A stretch of 64,000 nucleotides of DNA from an uncultured Desulfospira sp. Lineage in GTDB: Bacteria > Desulfobacterota > Desulfobacteria > Desulfobacterales > Desulfobacteraceae. Below are positions 46,743 to 57,869 of this stretch, in pieces; position 1 is the first letter of the stretch, and every line of letters begins with the position of its first letter. The notes under the pieces are model-generated. The model was not told the DNA's origin, did no database searches, and saw only the letters and a list, made by a program, of their open reading frames with translations. The DNA is taken from NCBI GenBank assembly GCA_963663165.1, contig OY760175.1, positions 5,728,001 to 5,792,000 of the forward strand, written 5' to 3'. The position numbers were made by a program, and so were the translations under genes.

Positions 46743-48116
46743 TTAAATTTTGGGGACCGGGAACCCTTCAAGGCTCAATTTTCTGGACTCTTCCACATCC
46801 TGGGCAGACAGGGCAATGTTCTGTAATTCTCCTGCCATGAATTTCTCATAGCCGGCCAGATCCATGAGGCCGTGGCCCGACAAGTTGAAAATAATGGTTT
46901 TTTCTTTGCCCTCTTCTTTGGCCTGATTGGCCGACCGGATGGCGCAGGCCACGGCATGGCAGGTTTCAGGGGCCACCACCAGGCCTTCTGTCCTTGCAAA
47001 CAAGAGGCCTGCCTCGTAGCATTCCAGCTGCTTGACAGCCATGGGGGCCATTAAGCCTGCTTCAACGGCATGGGACACCAGGGGGGCCATGCCATGGTAT
47101 CTCAAGCCCCCGGCATGGATGGGGGCCGGGATAAACTTATGCCCCAAAGAATGCATGGGCAGCATGGGGGTCATTCTGGCCACATCACCATGGTCATAGG
47201 AAAAGGGGGTGGCGGTAAGGGTAGGGCAGGACGCGGGTTCCACGGGAATGATTTCAATATCGGCACCGTTGATTTTGTCCAGGACAAAGGGAAAGGAAAG
47301 CCCGGCAAAGTTGGAGCCGCCGCCGGCGCATCCGATCACCGTGTCCACCTTTTTAATGCCGGCTTTGTCCAGCTGTTTTTTGGCCTCAAGGCCGATAATG
47401 GTCTGGTGGAGCATGACGTGGTTGAGAACAGAACCTAAAGAATACCGGGTCTGGCCGGTTTCATCCGCTACGGCCGCTTCAATGGCCTCTGATATGGCAA
47501 TGCCAAGGGAGCCTGGCGTGTCGGGCATGGTTTCGAGAATCTCCCGGCCTACCCGGGTTTCAGGTGAGGGGCTTGGGATGCATTCCCCGCCCCAGGTCTG
47601 CATGAGAACCTTTCTGAAGGGCTTCTGATCAAAGCTGATCCGGACCATGAACACCTTACATTCCATGCCCAGAAGGGCGCAGGAGTAAGATAAGGCTGAT
47701 CCCCACTGGCCGGCCCCGGTTTCCGTGGTCAGCCGCTTAATGCCGAACTCCTTATTGTACCAGGCCTGGGCCACGGCGGTGTTGGGCTTGTGGCTGCCGG
47801 CAGGGGAAACACTTTCATTTTTATAGAAAATTTTGGCCGGGGTGTTCAGGGCCTTTTCCAGATGAAGGGCCCGGTGCGACGGGGAGGGCCGCCACCGGTA
47901 CAGCAGGTCCAGGACCCCTTCAGGAATATCGATCCACCGGTTTTGGGACATCTCCTGTTCGATCAGGTTCATGGGGAAAACTGCGGCCAGCATATCCGGG
48001 CTGATGGGCTTGCCGTCCTGGCCAAGTGGCGGATTAATGGTGCCGGGCAGATCAGCCGCAAGGTTATACCACTGGCGGGGGATTTCGTCTTCACTTAAAA
48101 AAATCTTGTTCTGCAT
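46743..48116 (-). CDS. trpB2: TrpB2-type tryptophan synthase beta-like PLP enzyme
   Basis: [38 protein letters not shown]; stand-alone gene. Confidence 0.93.
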   Translation of the reverse strand: MQNKIFLSEDEIPRQWYNLAADLPGTINPPLGQDGKPISPDMLAAVFPMNLIEQEMSQNRWIDIPEGVLDLLYRWRPSPSHRALHLEKALNTPAKIFYKNESVSPAGSHKPNTAVAQAWYNKEFGIKRLTTETGAGQWGSALSYSCALLGMECKVFMVRISFDQKPFRKVLMQTWGGECIPSPSPETRVGREILETMPDTPGSLGIAISEAIEAAVADETGQTRYSLGSVLNHVMLHQTIIGLEAKKQLDKAGIKKVDTVIGCAGGGSNFAGLSFPFVLDKINGADIEIIPVEPASCPTLTATPFSYDHGDVARMTPMLPMHSLGHKFIPAPIHAGGLRYHGMAPLVSHAVEAGLMAPMAVKQLECYEAGLLFARTEGLVVAPETCHAVACAIRSANQAKEEGKEKTIIFNLSGHGLMDLAGYEKFMAGELQNIALSAQDVEESRKLSLEGFPVPKI

Positions 48117-48350
48117 CGTATTCAGCCCTCCTCCAGGCTTAAAATGATAAACATTACTTTGGCGTGCAAGTTTGTTCCTTTGTATAGAAACAAGCTACCA
48201 GTTTCTATATGGAGAAACAGATTTTGTCAAGACAGTTCTTGAAAAGTCATTTTAATTGTCATAAGCTTTAAAAGTTATGCTAACAAAAATCGAATAAAAA
48301 AGGGGTATGATATAAAGCAGGGATTTGCAAAAATTGCAACGGAGGCTTTA

Positions 48351-49061
48351 ATGAATCAACCACTAAAACAGGGCCTGTTTTTTATATTGGCTGCGGTGTT
48401 TATATGGGTTTCGTATGGTAATGCGGGACAGGATATTTATTGGGGCATGGGATATCAAAACCGGGATGGCCTTTCCCTCGAAATTTTAATTGATGAGCCC
48501 TTTGTCCGGCAGGGGGATTGTTCAATCCGGGATTCTGCCGATATTGAAAGCTTAAAGGGCATTACAAGGATTGCCGGCAGCCTGCTGGTCTGTGATTCAA
48601 ATCTGACCGATTTAAAAGGCCTTGAAAGCCTGGAACGTATAGACGGCGACCTGTGGATCGAAAACAACTCCTATCTGGCCAGCCTTGAAGGGCTGGACAG
48701 CCTGACCTTTGTAAAGCACCTGTATATTTTTGATAACGCTATTTTGCCTGACCTGTCCGGATTGGATGAACTCAAAACCGTTTCAGGCGTCGTCTCTATT
48801 GAGAACAACGCTTCCCTGACCAGCCTGTCCGGTTTGGACAGCCTTGTTTCAGCCGGCTATCTCGGGGTTGTAAGGAACAACGCTCTCAACAGCCTGTTTA
48901 TGGACAGCCTCTGCCATGTATCCGACCTTTTCCTGATAAGGGCCAATGCAAATCTATGCACCCCCCTTGCCCACGACCTGAAAGACCAGGTCCTGAACTG
49001 CCCCGACGGCGGGATTGACGGCGGCATTCTGATTGATGGTAATTTGGAGTGTGGGGATTAG
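48351..49061 (+). CDS. Secreted receptor-L-domain/LRR-like protein
   Basis: Signal peptide; repeats LxxLxGLxxLxxI/VxGxLxIxxN; RBS GGAGG. Confidence 0.75.
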   Translation: MNQPLKQGLFFILAAVFIWVSYGNAGQDIYWGMGYQNRDGLSLEILIDEPFVRQGDCSIRDSADIESLKGITRIAGSLLVCDSNLTDLKGLESLERIDGDLWIENNSYLASLEGLDSLTFVKHLYIFDNAILPDLSGLDELKTVSGVVSIENNASLTSLSGLDSLVSAGYLGVVRNNALNSLFMDSLCHVSDLFLIRANANLCTPLAHDLKDQVLNCPDGGIDGGILIDGNLECGD

Positions 49062-49065
49062 CGGG

Positions 49066-49293
49066 CGTGTGGGAAAGTGGGCAGGTGGGAAAGTGAGAAA
49101 GTGAGAAAGTGGGAAAGTGAGCGGGTGAGAACGTTGGTTGGTGAGAAAGCGGATAGTTCAGTCGATGAATGAAGTAAAAAAGAAGGCGCAGCCTTCTTTT
49201 TTTTATTGTCCGGCATTCTTGCAGGGTTGAAAATCGTGCGACAACCATGATGTCTCGCACTCTCACCTGCCCACTTTCTCACTTTCCCACCTG
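49066..49293. repeat. Octamer repeat blocks in inverted orientation between convergent genes
   Basis: GTGGGAAA-type run at about 49066-49150; reverse-complement run at about 49258-49293. Confidence 0.75.
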
Positions 49294-49303
49294 CTCTGTT
49301 TTA

Positions 49304-50440
49304 CTATCGCAGTCGCTCAACAGCCGCTACCACCACGCCAACGGCCCGGTCAATGTCATCGGAAGTGGTCATCCGTCCCGTGGAAAAGCGGACAGTTCCC
49401 TTGGCCCAGTCCACCGGAACCTTCATGGCCTCAAGCACATGGGACAGGGTGACGGTATCGGAATGGCAGGCGGCACCGGCTGAGGCCGCCACGTCCAGGC
49501 CGATCTCTTCTAGGATTCGGTTGGCTTCAAGTCCCTTGAATGACAGGCTTAAGGTGTTGGGCAGGCGGTCTTCAGGGTGTCCATTAAGCCGGATATCGTT
49601 CAGTTGGTCTGTCAGTTTCTGGTGCAGACGGTCCCTCATGGTTTTCAGGTGGGTCTGGATCTGATCCTGGTTTTGGGAGGCGATTTCGCAGGCCTTTCCC
49701 AACCCCACGATCCAGGGCACATTTTCCGTTCCGGCCCGCCATCCCATTTCCTGGCCAGCACCGTGGCAGAATTTTTCAGGCAGGATTCCGTTTTTAACAA
49801 ATAAAGCGCCAATGCCTTTGGGGGCATAGAGCTTGTGCCCGGCGATACTGAGCAGGTCAACGCCCAGGGCCTGAACATCGGTGGGAATTTTGCCCATGCT
49901 CTGGGCGGCATCGGTGTGCATGAGGATCCCGTGCTGCCGGGCCAGGGCAGAAATCTGGGGAATTGGCTGGATGGTGCCGACCTCGTTGTTGGCGTGCATG
50001 ACGGATATCAGGATGGTATCCGGCCGGATGGCTGCGCTGATGGCGTCCGGGCTCACCTTGCCGGTGTCATCCACATCCACGTAAGTGGTTTCAAATCCTT
50101 CGGTTTCAAGGTGCCTGCAGACTTCCAGCACGGCCGGGTGTTCCACGGTGGTGGTGATGATGTGCCGGCCCTTGTCCTTTAGTGCCCTTGCCGTACCTTT
50201 AATGGCATGGTTGTTGGATTCGGTTCCCCCGGAGGTGAAAAAGACCTCGTCGGCCCGGCAGTTCAGGAGTCCGGCCACTTGAAGACGGGCGGCCTCCACC
50301 GCCTTTTTGGGCTTGATACCGTACCAGTGGGAACTGGACGGGTTGCCGAATTCGGTTTCAATAAACGGCCCCATGGCCTCAATCACTTCAAGGGCATGGG
50401 GGGTGGTCCCGTTGTAGTCCAGATATACAGGGTGTGCCAT
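49304..50440 (-). CDS. Cysteine desulfurase (IscS/NifS group I)
   Basis: YLDYNGTTP, EHPAV, HTDAAQ, GHKLYAPKG, SAGAACHS. Confidence 0.92.
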   Translation of the reverse strand: MAHPVYLDYNGTTPHALEVIEAMGPFIETEFGNPSSSHWYGIKPKKAVEAARLQVAGLLNCRADEVFFTSGGTESNNHAIKGTARALKDKGRHIITTTVEHPAVLEVCRHLETEGFETTYVDVDDTGKVSPDAISAAIRPDTILISVMHANNEVGTIQPIPQISALARQHGILMHTDAAQSMGKIPTDVQALGVDLLSIAGHKLYAPKGIGALFVKNGILPEKFCHGAGQEMGWRAGTENVPWIVGLGKACEIASQNQDQIQTHLKTMRDRLHQKLTDQLNDIRLNGHPEDRLPNTLSLSFKGLEANRILEEIGLDVAASAGAACHSDTVTLSHVLEAMKVPVDWAKGTVRFSTGRMTTSDDIDRAVGVVVAAVERLR

Positions 50441-50619
50441 GGCGGATGGTCCTTTCCGGCTTAAAGGGGCGTATTCAATTGGGCCCCTTAAAAAAAATGC
50501 CGTGTTGAAGTGGTTTCTTTTCTTTTTCTATCTATCAGACTATCGCCCAAAGATCCATGCTGTTGCCCTGTATGTACGGGATAACTGCATTATAATAATA
50601 CGCTTAATTTTTAATATAA

Positions 50620-50697
50620 TGGACTTGGGACTTGGGATATGGGACTTGGGGATTGCAGTATCCACGGCCTACCCAAGTCCCATATCCCGAGTCTCAA
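50620..50697. repeat. Heptamer palindromic element, copy 2
   Basis: Matches 45195-45279 including the central GGGATTGC..ATCCACGGCCT. Confidence 0.85.
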
Positions 50698-50810
50698 GCC
50701 GGTAGTTAGCGTGGGCCCGTTTGGTTTATCCCTCAAAAACAACATGGTATACGGACAATGGTGGACAAGGATAGGCTTTTTCCCACCGAACTTTCCTTTC
50801 AAAAAAACTC

Positions 50811-50886
50811 TCGCCAAGACGCAAAGGCGCAAAGCCTAAATTCCCTTGGGCAATGGTATTCTTTGCGCCTTAGCGCCTTTGCGTGA
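50811..50886. repeat. Octamer palindromic element (CGCAAAGG ... CCTTTGCG); related copy at about 52176-52237
   Basis: CGCCAAGACGCAAAGGCGCAAAG ... CTTTGCGCCTTAGCGCCTTTGCGTG. Confidence 0.75.
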
Positions 50887-51259
50887 AAATATAAAAAAGA
50901 GGGCGAAGCCCTCGATTTTAGCATCACAGGGCAAAGAGAAACGCATTCCATATATTGAGAAACCCTTGCTACCCCAAGTCCCATATCCCAAGTCCCCATT
51001 TTATACATTATAAAAAATTACAAAACGGTATCCCAATAACATACCGGTTTATAATGCGTTTACCCTGAATGTAAGCAGGTGGTTTAAGGTTTGAAAGAAA
51101 CATTTTTGTTGCCAATTACCAATTAAAATTATAATTAGCATATTTTTAAGCAGGGGTGTGGCTAAAAATATTGGATATTTTATATCAAATTTGGTAGCAC
51201 ATCCCCATTGGCGGTATGAATCCGGTAAGCAGAAGTAACATAGTCGAGGGGGGGAACCA

Positions 51260-52168
51260 GTGGAAGAATTGTCCATGCCCAAAATTAATCTTGAAAAATG
51301 TACGGGCTGCGGGCTGTGTATCCCGGTCTGCCCCCACGATACCCTGGTACTCAAAGAGGGGAAAGCCGTTGTGTCAGGGGACCATTGCATGGCCTGCGGC
51401 CATTGCCGTGCCGCCTGTCCGGCCGGGGCGGTCCTGCTGCCGGAACTCAAAGACAGCATGCAGGCCTTTTCGTCCTTTGCTGTTCAAAAGAAATGGCTGG
51501 CCTCAGGGCCGTTTCCCGTGGCGGACCTGGCACAGCTGATGCTGTCAAGAAGGTCGTGCCGGAACTATCAGAACAAACCGGTTCCAATTGAAATGCTCCA
51601 GGACCTTGTAAAGATGGGGATTGCCGCCCCCTCAGGAACCAACAGCCAGAAATGGACCTTTACCATTTTATCCACAAGACATGATGTGCTGGCCTTGGGA
51701 GACCAGATCGCCGCGTTTTTCAGGCGGACAAACCGGATGGCCGAAAACCACTGGCTCAGAAAGGCGCTAAAGCTTGTGGGCAAAGGAGAGCTGGACAGGT
51801 ATTACACGGAGTATTATGACACCGTTGAATATGCCCTGGACGCCTATGAGAACCAGGGCAAAGACCTTCTGTTTCACGGGGCACCGGCCCTGATCGTCGT
51901 GGGCTGCGAGCCCGGGGCCAGCTGCCCCTCTGAGGATGCGCTGCTGGCGACCGGGAATATTCTGCTGGGCGCCCAGGCCATGGGGCTTGGCACCTGCCTG
52001 ATCGGCTACGCCGTCCGGGCCATGCAAAAAAAACCTGATCTTCAAAGATCGTTAAAAATCCCGCCGGACGAAACCGTTTATGCGGTGATTGCCATCGGGT
52101 TCCCCAATGAAACCTACTCGGGTTTTCCCGGAAGAAAAAAATGCCGGATCCGGCACTTTCAGCCTTAA
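51260..52168 (+). CDS. Nitroreductase family protein with N-terminal 2x[4Fe-4S] ferredoxin
   Basis: CTGCGLCIPVCP, CMACGHCRAACP, RRSCRNY, APSGTNSQ, GLGTC. Confidence 0.92.
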   Translation: MEELSMPKINLEKCTGCGLCIPVCPHDTLVLKEGKAVVSGDHCMACGHCRAACPAGAVLLPELKDSMQAFSSFAVQKKWLASGPFPVADLAQLMLSRRSCRNYQNKPVPIEMLQDLVKMGIAAPSGTNSQKWTFTILSTRHDVLALGDQIAAFFRRTNRMAENHWLRKALKLVGKGELDRYYTEYYDTVEYALDAYENQGKDLLFHGAPALIVVGCEPGASCPSEDALLATGNILLGAQAMGLGTCLIGYAVRAMQKKPDLQRSLKIPPDETVYAVIAIGFPNETYSGFPGRKKCRIRHFQP

Positions 52169-52544
52169 AGAGGCTCACGCAAAGGCGCTAAGGCGCAAAG
52201 CTTAATTCTATTGGGCCGTAATTGGCCTTTGCGTGAAGCTATGGCTGTCGGGTATCTTTCGTAAAAATGTGAAAAAAAGTTCTTAAAGTATAACAAGTTT
52301 TACTTAAGTTTATAACATTTTTTTCTCTTTCATCGTTCCTCTTTGATGTGGGACGGCTTTGTTCTATTTGGCAACCGATTGAAATAAAAAGGTTATGTGG
52401 CGATTTTTCCGATTTGCGAAAATCCGGTATGTTTTTTGCACTTTAATGACGCGGGTGAAACAGATCACAAATGGTTCTGCCGGGTTTTTTTCGAATTTTA
52501 TGAAAGTTGCGCTCCTAACCCTTGTCAGAGAAAAGGACGGGTAA

Positions 52545-53291
52545 ATGGTGGTATACCGATTGAGCATGGTGGAAAAGGTATTGTGGGTGTTGGTGGCTAT
52601 TCCGGTTCTGGTTCTGGTCTTCAGTCTGATTGGACACCGGTTGGATGCGGCACGGGAACCGGCTGGTAATTTTCAGGCTGAGGCAAACCTGAAAGGTTCC
52701 ATGAGCGGTCTTGAGATCACCGACTACCAGGGCAGCCAGAAGCATTTGTCACTTAAAATTGATACCTTTGATATTACCAAACAAAAGATGGGCTTTCTGC
52801 GCCTGGGGTTTATGAAGATCGCCTGCTTTGAGGGGGTGGCCATTACCCTGTACGAGACGGATTTTCCCCGGGAAAAGACAGGCGGCCCGGCCAGCCTCAG
52901 TAATCATTCAGCCCCTGACGGGGTGGACCGGCTTTTGGAACGGGTCAATCAGTTAAAGGATCATCTTCCCGGCCATATAAAAGGGATTGAATTAAAGCGG
53001 GTAACCCTCAACCGTGTTAAAAACGGGACCTTCCGGTCTTCTGTTACCGCTGACAGGGCACGGATCAATCCCCGGAACAGGCAGTTTATTTTTAAAGGGA
53101 ATGTAGAGATTAACGGCATGGCGGGAAAACGGCTTTCCTGTGAGGAATTGACCTGGCAGCCCAACACCGGAAAACTTTTGACATCAAAGCGCTATGTGCT
53201 GGAAGACGGCCAGCGGAAAATACAGGGAACAGGCATTGAAACGGATTTTGAACTGATGGATATGACGATTGATAGCAGGAGGAACGGATGA
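52545..53291 (+). CDS. Membrane-anchored hypothetical protein with LptC/OstA-like beta-jellyroll C-terminus
   Basis: N-terminal TM; FKGNVEI...LSCEELTW...IQGTGIETD pattern. Confidence 0.55.
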   Translation: MVVYRLSMVEKVLWVLVAIPVLVLVFSLIGHRLDAAREPAGNFQAEANLKGSMSGLEITDYQGSQKHLSLKIDTFDITKQKMGFLRLGFMKIACFEGVAITLYETDFPREKTGGPASLSNHSAPDGVDRLLERVNQLKDHLPGHIKGIELKRVTLNRVKNGTFRSSVTADRARINPRNRQFIFKGNVEINGMAGKRLSCEELTWQPNTGKLLTSKRYVLEDGQRKIQGTGIETDFELMDMTIDSRRNG

Positions 53292-55834
53292 GACATTTGA
53301 CGGCTAAGGGCATTGGGGTGGTAGTTGGCCTGGTTCTTTGTTTTGGGATGATGTTTTCAGGGGCTTTGTTGCCCCGGGCAGTGGCCTGGGACGGCTTAAC
53401 GTATGATTATGACTCCGCAGACATTGATGTGGACGGATTGGATTTATATCAATTTATCCAGATATTTAACCCAGGTGACACAGAGGCATTGGCCGGGTTT
53501 TCCGAAGGATTCGGCAGTGATCCCATTACGGTTGGCAGGGCGCTTCTGCCTTGCGATGCGGTTGATGCCAACCAGTGCTTTGGGAAAGCCGTTGCAGCTT
53601 CCACAGACCCGGATCCGGTTCTAAGAGCGTTTCATTCCGTAACCCGTATTATGGCATTGATCGATAACTCTGCACTCAATGGCTTGCTTACCGATCTCGG
53701 GGTATCAGAAGATGTCCGGACCCTGTGTGGATGGACGGCGGACTTTACCCGGGACGAAGCGGGTGATCCGGTTCTGCCCACAACCCTGCCGTCTACCGGG
53801 ACGGCCCTGAATACGGTGATCGACGCTCTTATGGCTGAGGTGCAGGGGGCACTGGACGAACTTTCCGGCATTGTTAATTCAGAAGAAGATCCGCTTAATA
53901 TCGTTCTGTGCGAAGAACTGGTCCTGCCCGAGGAGGCGGATTCCTGTGAAAAGATTGAGGTGGATTACGGGGACATTGCCCTTTACCGGGCTTTCCTCCA
54001 GGGGTTAAAGGCATTTTTGCTGATTCTGGATGCCTATGATCTGGACATCGCCCAAACCACCCAGTTGATTTCTGCTTTAGAGGCCGATAACTTCATCAGC
54101 ATTAACGATTATTTGTCCGTTAATACGGGCTTTCTGACACTGGATACGGAGAATGGGGCAACTCAGCTGACAGACGCTAAGGCGGCGCTCTACCTTGCCA
54201 TTGAGAGTTACAAGAAGGCGTCAGGCTTTATCCAGGCAGAAACCGATGACCAGGATAACGATCTGATTCAGTTTCCCGAAGAACAAGAGGAGATTGATAA
54301 TGAAGCGGAGTTTATGGCCGGACTTGAAAAAATTAAGTCAGCTCTTTCCGCTTCCACGGTTATTGACAGTGATGTGGGGATTTCCCTGGATCTGACCCAA
54401 TTTTTTGATTCAGCCCCTGATCTGCGGGGTTTCCTGCCCACCTTCACGAACACCAATGAGATCATTTGCGAAACAATTAACTCAACGCTTGGGGGTATTC
54501 TCACAGGGCTTAGCAACGACGATTGGGCCGAAATCCTGGAGATCCCAGTACTGGTATCCGGGACAGTTTCCCTGGCCGACGGCATTGGGGGCGGTGATGG
54601 GATCACCAGCATTATAGTCCAAGCTTATAACTGCTGGGGAGACGAACCGTCAGGTCTGGCCGACCTTCAATGGTGTTCTCAAGTGGGTTCCGTCTCCCTT
54701 TCTTCCGGTGGTGATTACGAAATGTCACTGAGTACGGAGTATGATGACGTGTGGATGATCGCATTCCTGGATACTGACGTTGATTCTGAACTGAGTCCCG
54801 GGGATGTTTATGGCGTTTATGGGGCGGTATCTACTGACGGTACTTGGGGGGAGTCTTTTGACGTAACTTCAGATAGCTGCGACGGCCCGGCCGGCATTAA
54901 TATATCTATTGGTAACATGACTACAGGGATAAAAGGCAGGGTCACCACTCTTGAAGATGGGATTGCCGTCCCCGTAACCGGTATCCAGATTAATATGTAT
55001 GACAGCGACAGCGAGTACGCTGGTTATATCACATCCGTGAAAACAGACAGTGACGGCTATTTCAGGATTGTCGAAATGTCAGATACCTCTGTTAAGCTGC
55101 ATGTTTCCAACAGCGGGGACCAGAATTTTATAATCGGGTGGTGGAACGAAACCGACGGGGAAATAACAGACAGCCGCAGTAAGGCAACATCTTTTAGTAC
55201 TGACGCCAGTGATGTCTTTGTTGATATCAGCCTTGAAAAAGGCGCGAGTATCTCAGGAACGGTTAAGACAACGGGCGGAAGCCCCATTCAAGACATCTGG
55301 GTATATGCCTGGGACTGGGATACCGGCGACTGGAAAGGAAATTCACTGACAGATTCCAACGGGGTGTATACCATTATCGGACTGGAAGCTGGAAACTACC
55401 GGTTGGAGACCATTCCGTCCCGGACTTATCTGTCCCAGTCCTATTCGGGCATGGTCGAGGTTACAGCCGGGGAGCCGAAAACCGGGATCGATTTTATTCT
55501 TGAAAGGGAAGGGACGATTACCGGAACAGTAACCTTGACAGGTGACAGTGGCGCATCTTTAACAGACGTGGAAATTACAGCGTTTAATGTTGCAAGCGGA
55601 GAGTTTGCTTCATGGACGTCCGTGGAATCGGACGGGACTTATACCCTTTCAGGCTTGTCTTCGGGGGGGTACAAAATAGGCGCCTCTTACTATCCAGCTG
55701 TGTATACCGTTGCACCTGAGTATTACAAAGAAAAAGATAACTATGATGATGCCACCCCGGTTGACGTTGAAGAAGGAGAAACTGTAGAAGGGATTAATTT
55801 TGATCTGAAGGTGACTTCAACTTCGGCCCAATAG
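53288..55834 (+). CDS. Secreted acidic protein with carboxypeptidase-regulatory-like beta-sandwich repeats and an N-terminal dockerin-like motif
   Basis: Signal peptide; DIDVDGLDL; repeats ISGTV...TDSNGxY.I.GL.AGNY; ATGA overlap with the upstream gene. Confidence 0.8.
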   Translation: MRHLTAKGIGVVVGLVLCFGMMFSGALLPRAVAWDGLTYDYDSADIDVDGLDLYQFIQIFNPGDTEALAGFSEGFGSDPITVGRALLPCDAVDANQCFGKAVAASTDPDPVLRAFHSVTRIMALIDNSALNGLLTDLGVSEDVRTLCGWTADFTRDEAGDPVLPTTLPSTGTALNTVIDALMAEVQGALDELSGIVNSEEDPLNIVLCEELVLPEEADSCEKIEVDYGDIALYRAFLQGLKAFLLILDAYDLDIAQTTQLISALEADNFISINDYLSVNTGFLTLDTENGATQLTDAKAALYLAIESYKKASGFIQAETDDQDNDLIQFPEEQEEIDNEAEFMAGLEKIKSALSASTVIDSDVGISLDLTQFFDSAPDLRGFLPTFTNTNEIICETINSTLGGILTGLSNDDWAEILEIPVLVSGTVSLADGIGGGDGITSIIVQAYNCWGDEPSGLADLQWCSQVGSVSLSSGGDYEMSLSTEYDDVWMIAFLDTDVDSELSPGDVYGVYGAVSTDGTWGESFDVTSDSCDGPAGINISIGNMTTGIKGRVTTLEDGIAVPVTGIQINMYDSDSEYAGYITSVKTDSDGYFRIVEMSDTSVKLHVSNSGDQNFIIGWWNETDGEITDSRSKATSFSTDASDVFVDISLEKGASISGTVKTTGGSPIQDIWVYAWDWDTGDWKGNSLTDSNGVYTIIGLEAGNYRLETIPSRTYLSQSYSGMVEVTAGEPKTGIDFILEREGTITGTVTLTGDSGASLTDVEITAFNVASGEFASWTSVESDGTYTLSGLSSGGYKIGASYYPAVYTVAPEYYKEKDNYDDATPVDVEEGETVEGINFDLKVTSTSAQ

Positions 55835-55948
55835 TGCCCTGAGCCTCGAAAAGAACCTAAATTCCTGCCCTGACCCGGTGACAGATGGGAAAGTGAGAAA
55901 GTGAGGTGAGGGCCGGAAGGCCGGTGAGAATTTGAGTTGGTGACAATC

Positions 55949-55996
55949 CGGGTATTTTTTATGCGCTTTGGGTTACAGGTGTGTAAAAAATACCCG
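55949..55996. promoter_or_regulatory. Paired enhancer-like sites CGGGTATTTTTTATGC / GTGTAAAAAATACCCG
   Basis: Inverted pair 32 bp apart, upstream of a sigma54-like promoter. Confidence 0.5.
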
Positions 55997-56072
55997 TTTT
56001 TTTGTGGCGGGTTTATGGCCTTGAAAAAATAATTTTCTTTATTTCAGATGCTTAGAAAAAACAGGGGCGGTC

Positions 56073-56088
56073 CGGAACATATTTTGCT
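56073..56088 (+). promoter_or_regulatory. Putative sigma54 promoter for the RND efflux operon
   Basis: CGGAAC-ATATT-TTGCT (GG-N10-GC). Confidence 0.55.
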
Positions 56089-56194
56089 CACATTTTATTT
56101 GACTGAATTTATGTGGGTAAAAAAGTAAGGCTGGGTGAGCGGGAGCGCATTTTCCGGTTGACAATTAACGGTTTCCGGTTAATCTGGTGCTTTC

Positions 56195-57670
56195 ATGAGA
56201 TGTTCCATTATTTTTTTAGGTATGAGGATGAACCCTTTTTTATTGCTGGCTCTTCTGGTCTGCCTGATGACAACCGGGTGTAAGACCCTGGCCCCTGAAC
56301 CCGCTGTTCAACTGCCCCTGGAACTGCCCGGTGCCTACGTCTTTCAGGCCGATGCTTCCGGGGTGGAATCGCCTGGGGAAACGGCCCGGGAGTGGTGGCT
56401 TAAAATGGACCGCCCGGAGCTCAATGCCCTGATTGAACAGGGGATTGAGGGCAACCATAACCTTAAGGTGCTGTCGGCCCGGGTGGACCAGGCCCGGGCA
56501 AGCCTGAAAAAGGAAAGCGCCGGCCTGAAGCCGGGCCTGGATTATTCCTTTGGCGGGGAAAAGGATTATACAAGGACCCAGTCCGGTAAAAGCCAGGGGG
56601 GGGCATATGCCAATTCCCATTCCTGGGACGCCTCTCTTTCCGGGTCCTATACCGTGGATGCCTGGGGTCAGATAAAGGCCCAGGTAAGCGCCCGGGACCT
56701 GACCCTTGAAGCGGCCGTAAGGGATCTCAATGATGCGGTTCTGGAACTTGCCTGTGATATCTCCAAAACCTGGGTGGACATCATCAGCGCCAGAAAACGC
56801 AAGGCCATCCTGGCAAGCCAGATCCAATTCAACCAGACCAGCCTCGAATTGCTTAAACTCATGTTTTTAAATGGGAAGGCCAGCGCCCTTGACGTATCCC
56901 AGCAGCGGGAGTCCTTAGCCCAGGTGCTGGCCCTGGAGCCTTTGCTGGAACAGGAAGAGGCGCTGCTGCTCAACGAGCTGGCCTTTATGACCGGCACCAC
57001 GCCAGGCCGCATTTTGCCGGTTCAGGCCAGTGAACTGCCGCCCCCTCTGATGCCCGAAAATCCCGGCGTTCCGGCCGATCTTCTGGAAAATCGGGCCGAT
57101 ATCCAAGCGGCCCGGTTAAGGCTGTTATCCTCCCAGTCGGATGTGGCAGCGGCCAAGGCCGATATTTTGCCTTCCTTTACCCTTACGGCCAGGGCCGTTT
57201 TTTCTTCGGGCCGGCTGGAGATGCTGTTCCATAACTGGGCCGCAAGCCTGGGGGCTGCGGTGGCCGGTTCTCTTTTGGACGGGGGTGAGAAAAAGGCCGA
57301 GGTGGAACGGGTCCGGGCGGAAGTCAAAGAAAACCTGCACCTTTATGCCCAGACCGTGGCCCAGGCCATCCGGGAAGTGGAGGATGCCCTGGTGACCATG
57401 GACCGGCAAAAGGCCTATATTACGCGGTTGGAAGAGGAGCTTTCAGCGGCCCGGCTGACCCTTGGGGATGCCCGGATCCAGTATCTCAACGGCCAGAGCG
57501 ATTATTTGAGTGTCCTGACCGCCCGGCTTGCCATTGAAGGGCTTGAGCGGCAGCTGGTGGGGGAGCGGGCCTCGCTGATTAAGGAAGAGATTGGGTTTTA
57601 CCGGGTGCTGGGGAGCCGGTGGGAAGGTGGGCAGGTGGGAAAGTGGGAAAGTGGGCAGGTGAGAAAGTGA
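56195..57670 (+). CDS. Outer-membrane efflux lipoprotein (TolC/NodT family)
   Basis: Lipobox TTGC, EWW, PADLLENRADI; C-terminus runs into octamer repeats. Confidence 0.9.
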   Translation: MRCSIIFLGMRMNPFLLLALLVCLMTTGCKTLAPEPAVQLPLELPGAYVFQADASGVESPGETAREWWLKMDRPELNALIEQGIEGNHNLKVLSARVDQARASLKKESAGLKPGLDYSFGGEKDYTRTQSGKSQGGAYANSHSWDASLSGSYTVDAWGQIKAQVSARDLTLEAAVRDLNDAVLELACDISKTWVDIISARKRKAILASQIQFNQTSLELLKLMFLNGKASALDVSQQRESLAQVLALEPLLEQEEALLLNELAFMTGTTPGRILPVQASELPPPLMPENPGVPADLLENRADIQAARLRLLSSQSDVAAAKADILPSFTLTARAVFSSGRLEMLFHNWAASLGAAVAGSLLDGGEKKAEVERVRAEVKENLHLYAQTVAQAIREVEDALVTMDRQKAYITRLEEELSAARLTLGDARIQYLNGQSDYLSVLTARLAIEGLERQLVGERASLIKEEIGFYRVLGSRWEGGQVGKWESGQVRK

Positions 57671-57765
57671 GAAAGTGGGAAAGTGGGAAAGTGGGCAGGT
57701 GAGAAAGTGAGAAAGTGAGAAAGTGGGAAAGTGAGAAAGTGAGCCGGTGGGAGAGTGAGCTGGTG
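57617..57765. repeat. Long octamer tandem repeat block
   Basis: More than 15 GTGGGAAA/GTGAGAAA/GTGGGCAG units. Confidence 0.9.
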
Positions 57766-57869
57766 TGGGGTTTGGTAAATTTCGAATTGGGATTGGGGAT
57801 AAAAGACTGAAAACTTTGGGGTAGACAGGATATAAAGATCCTTCAGCCTAACCCCCTAATCCAAGGAGC

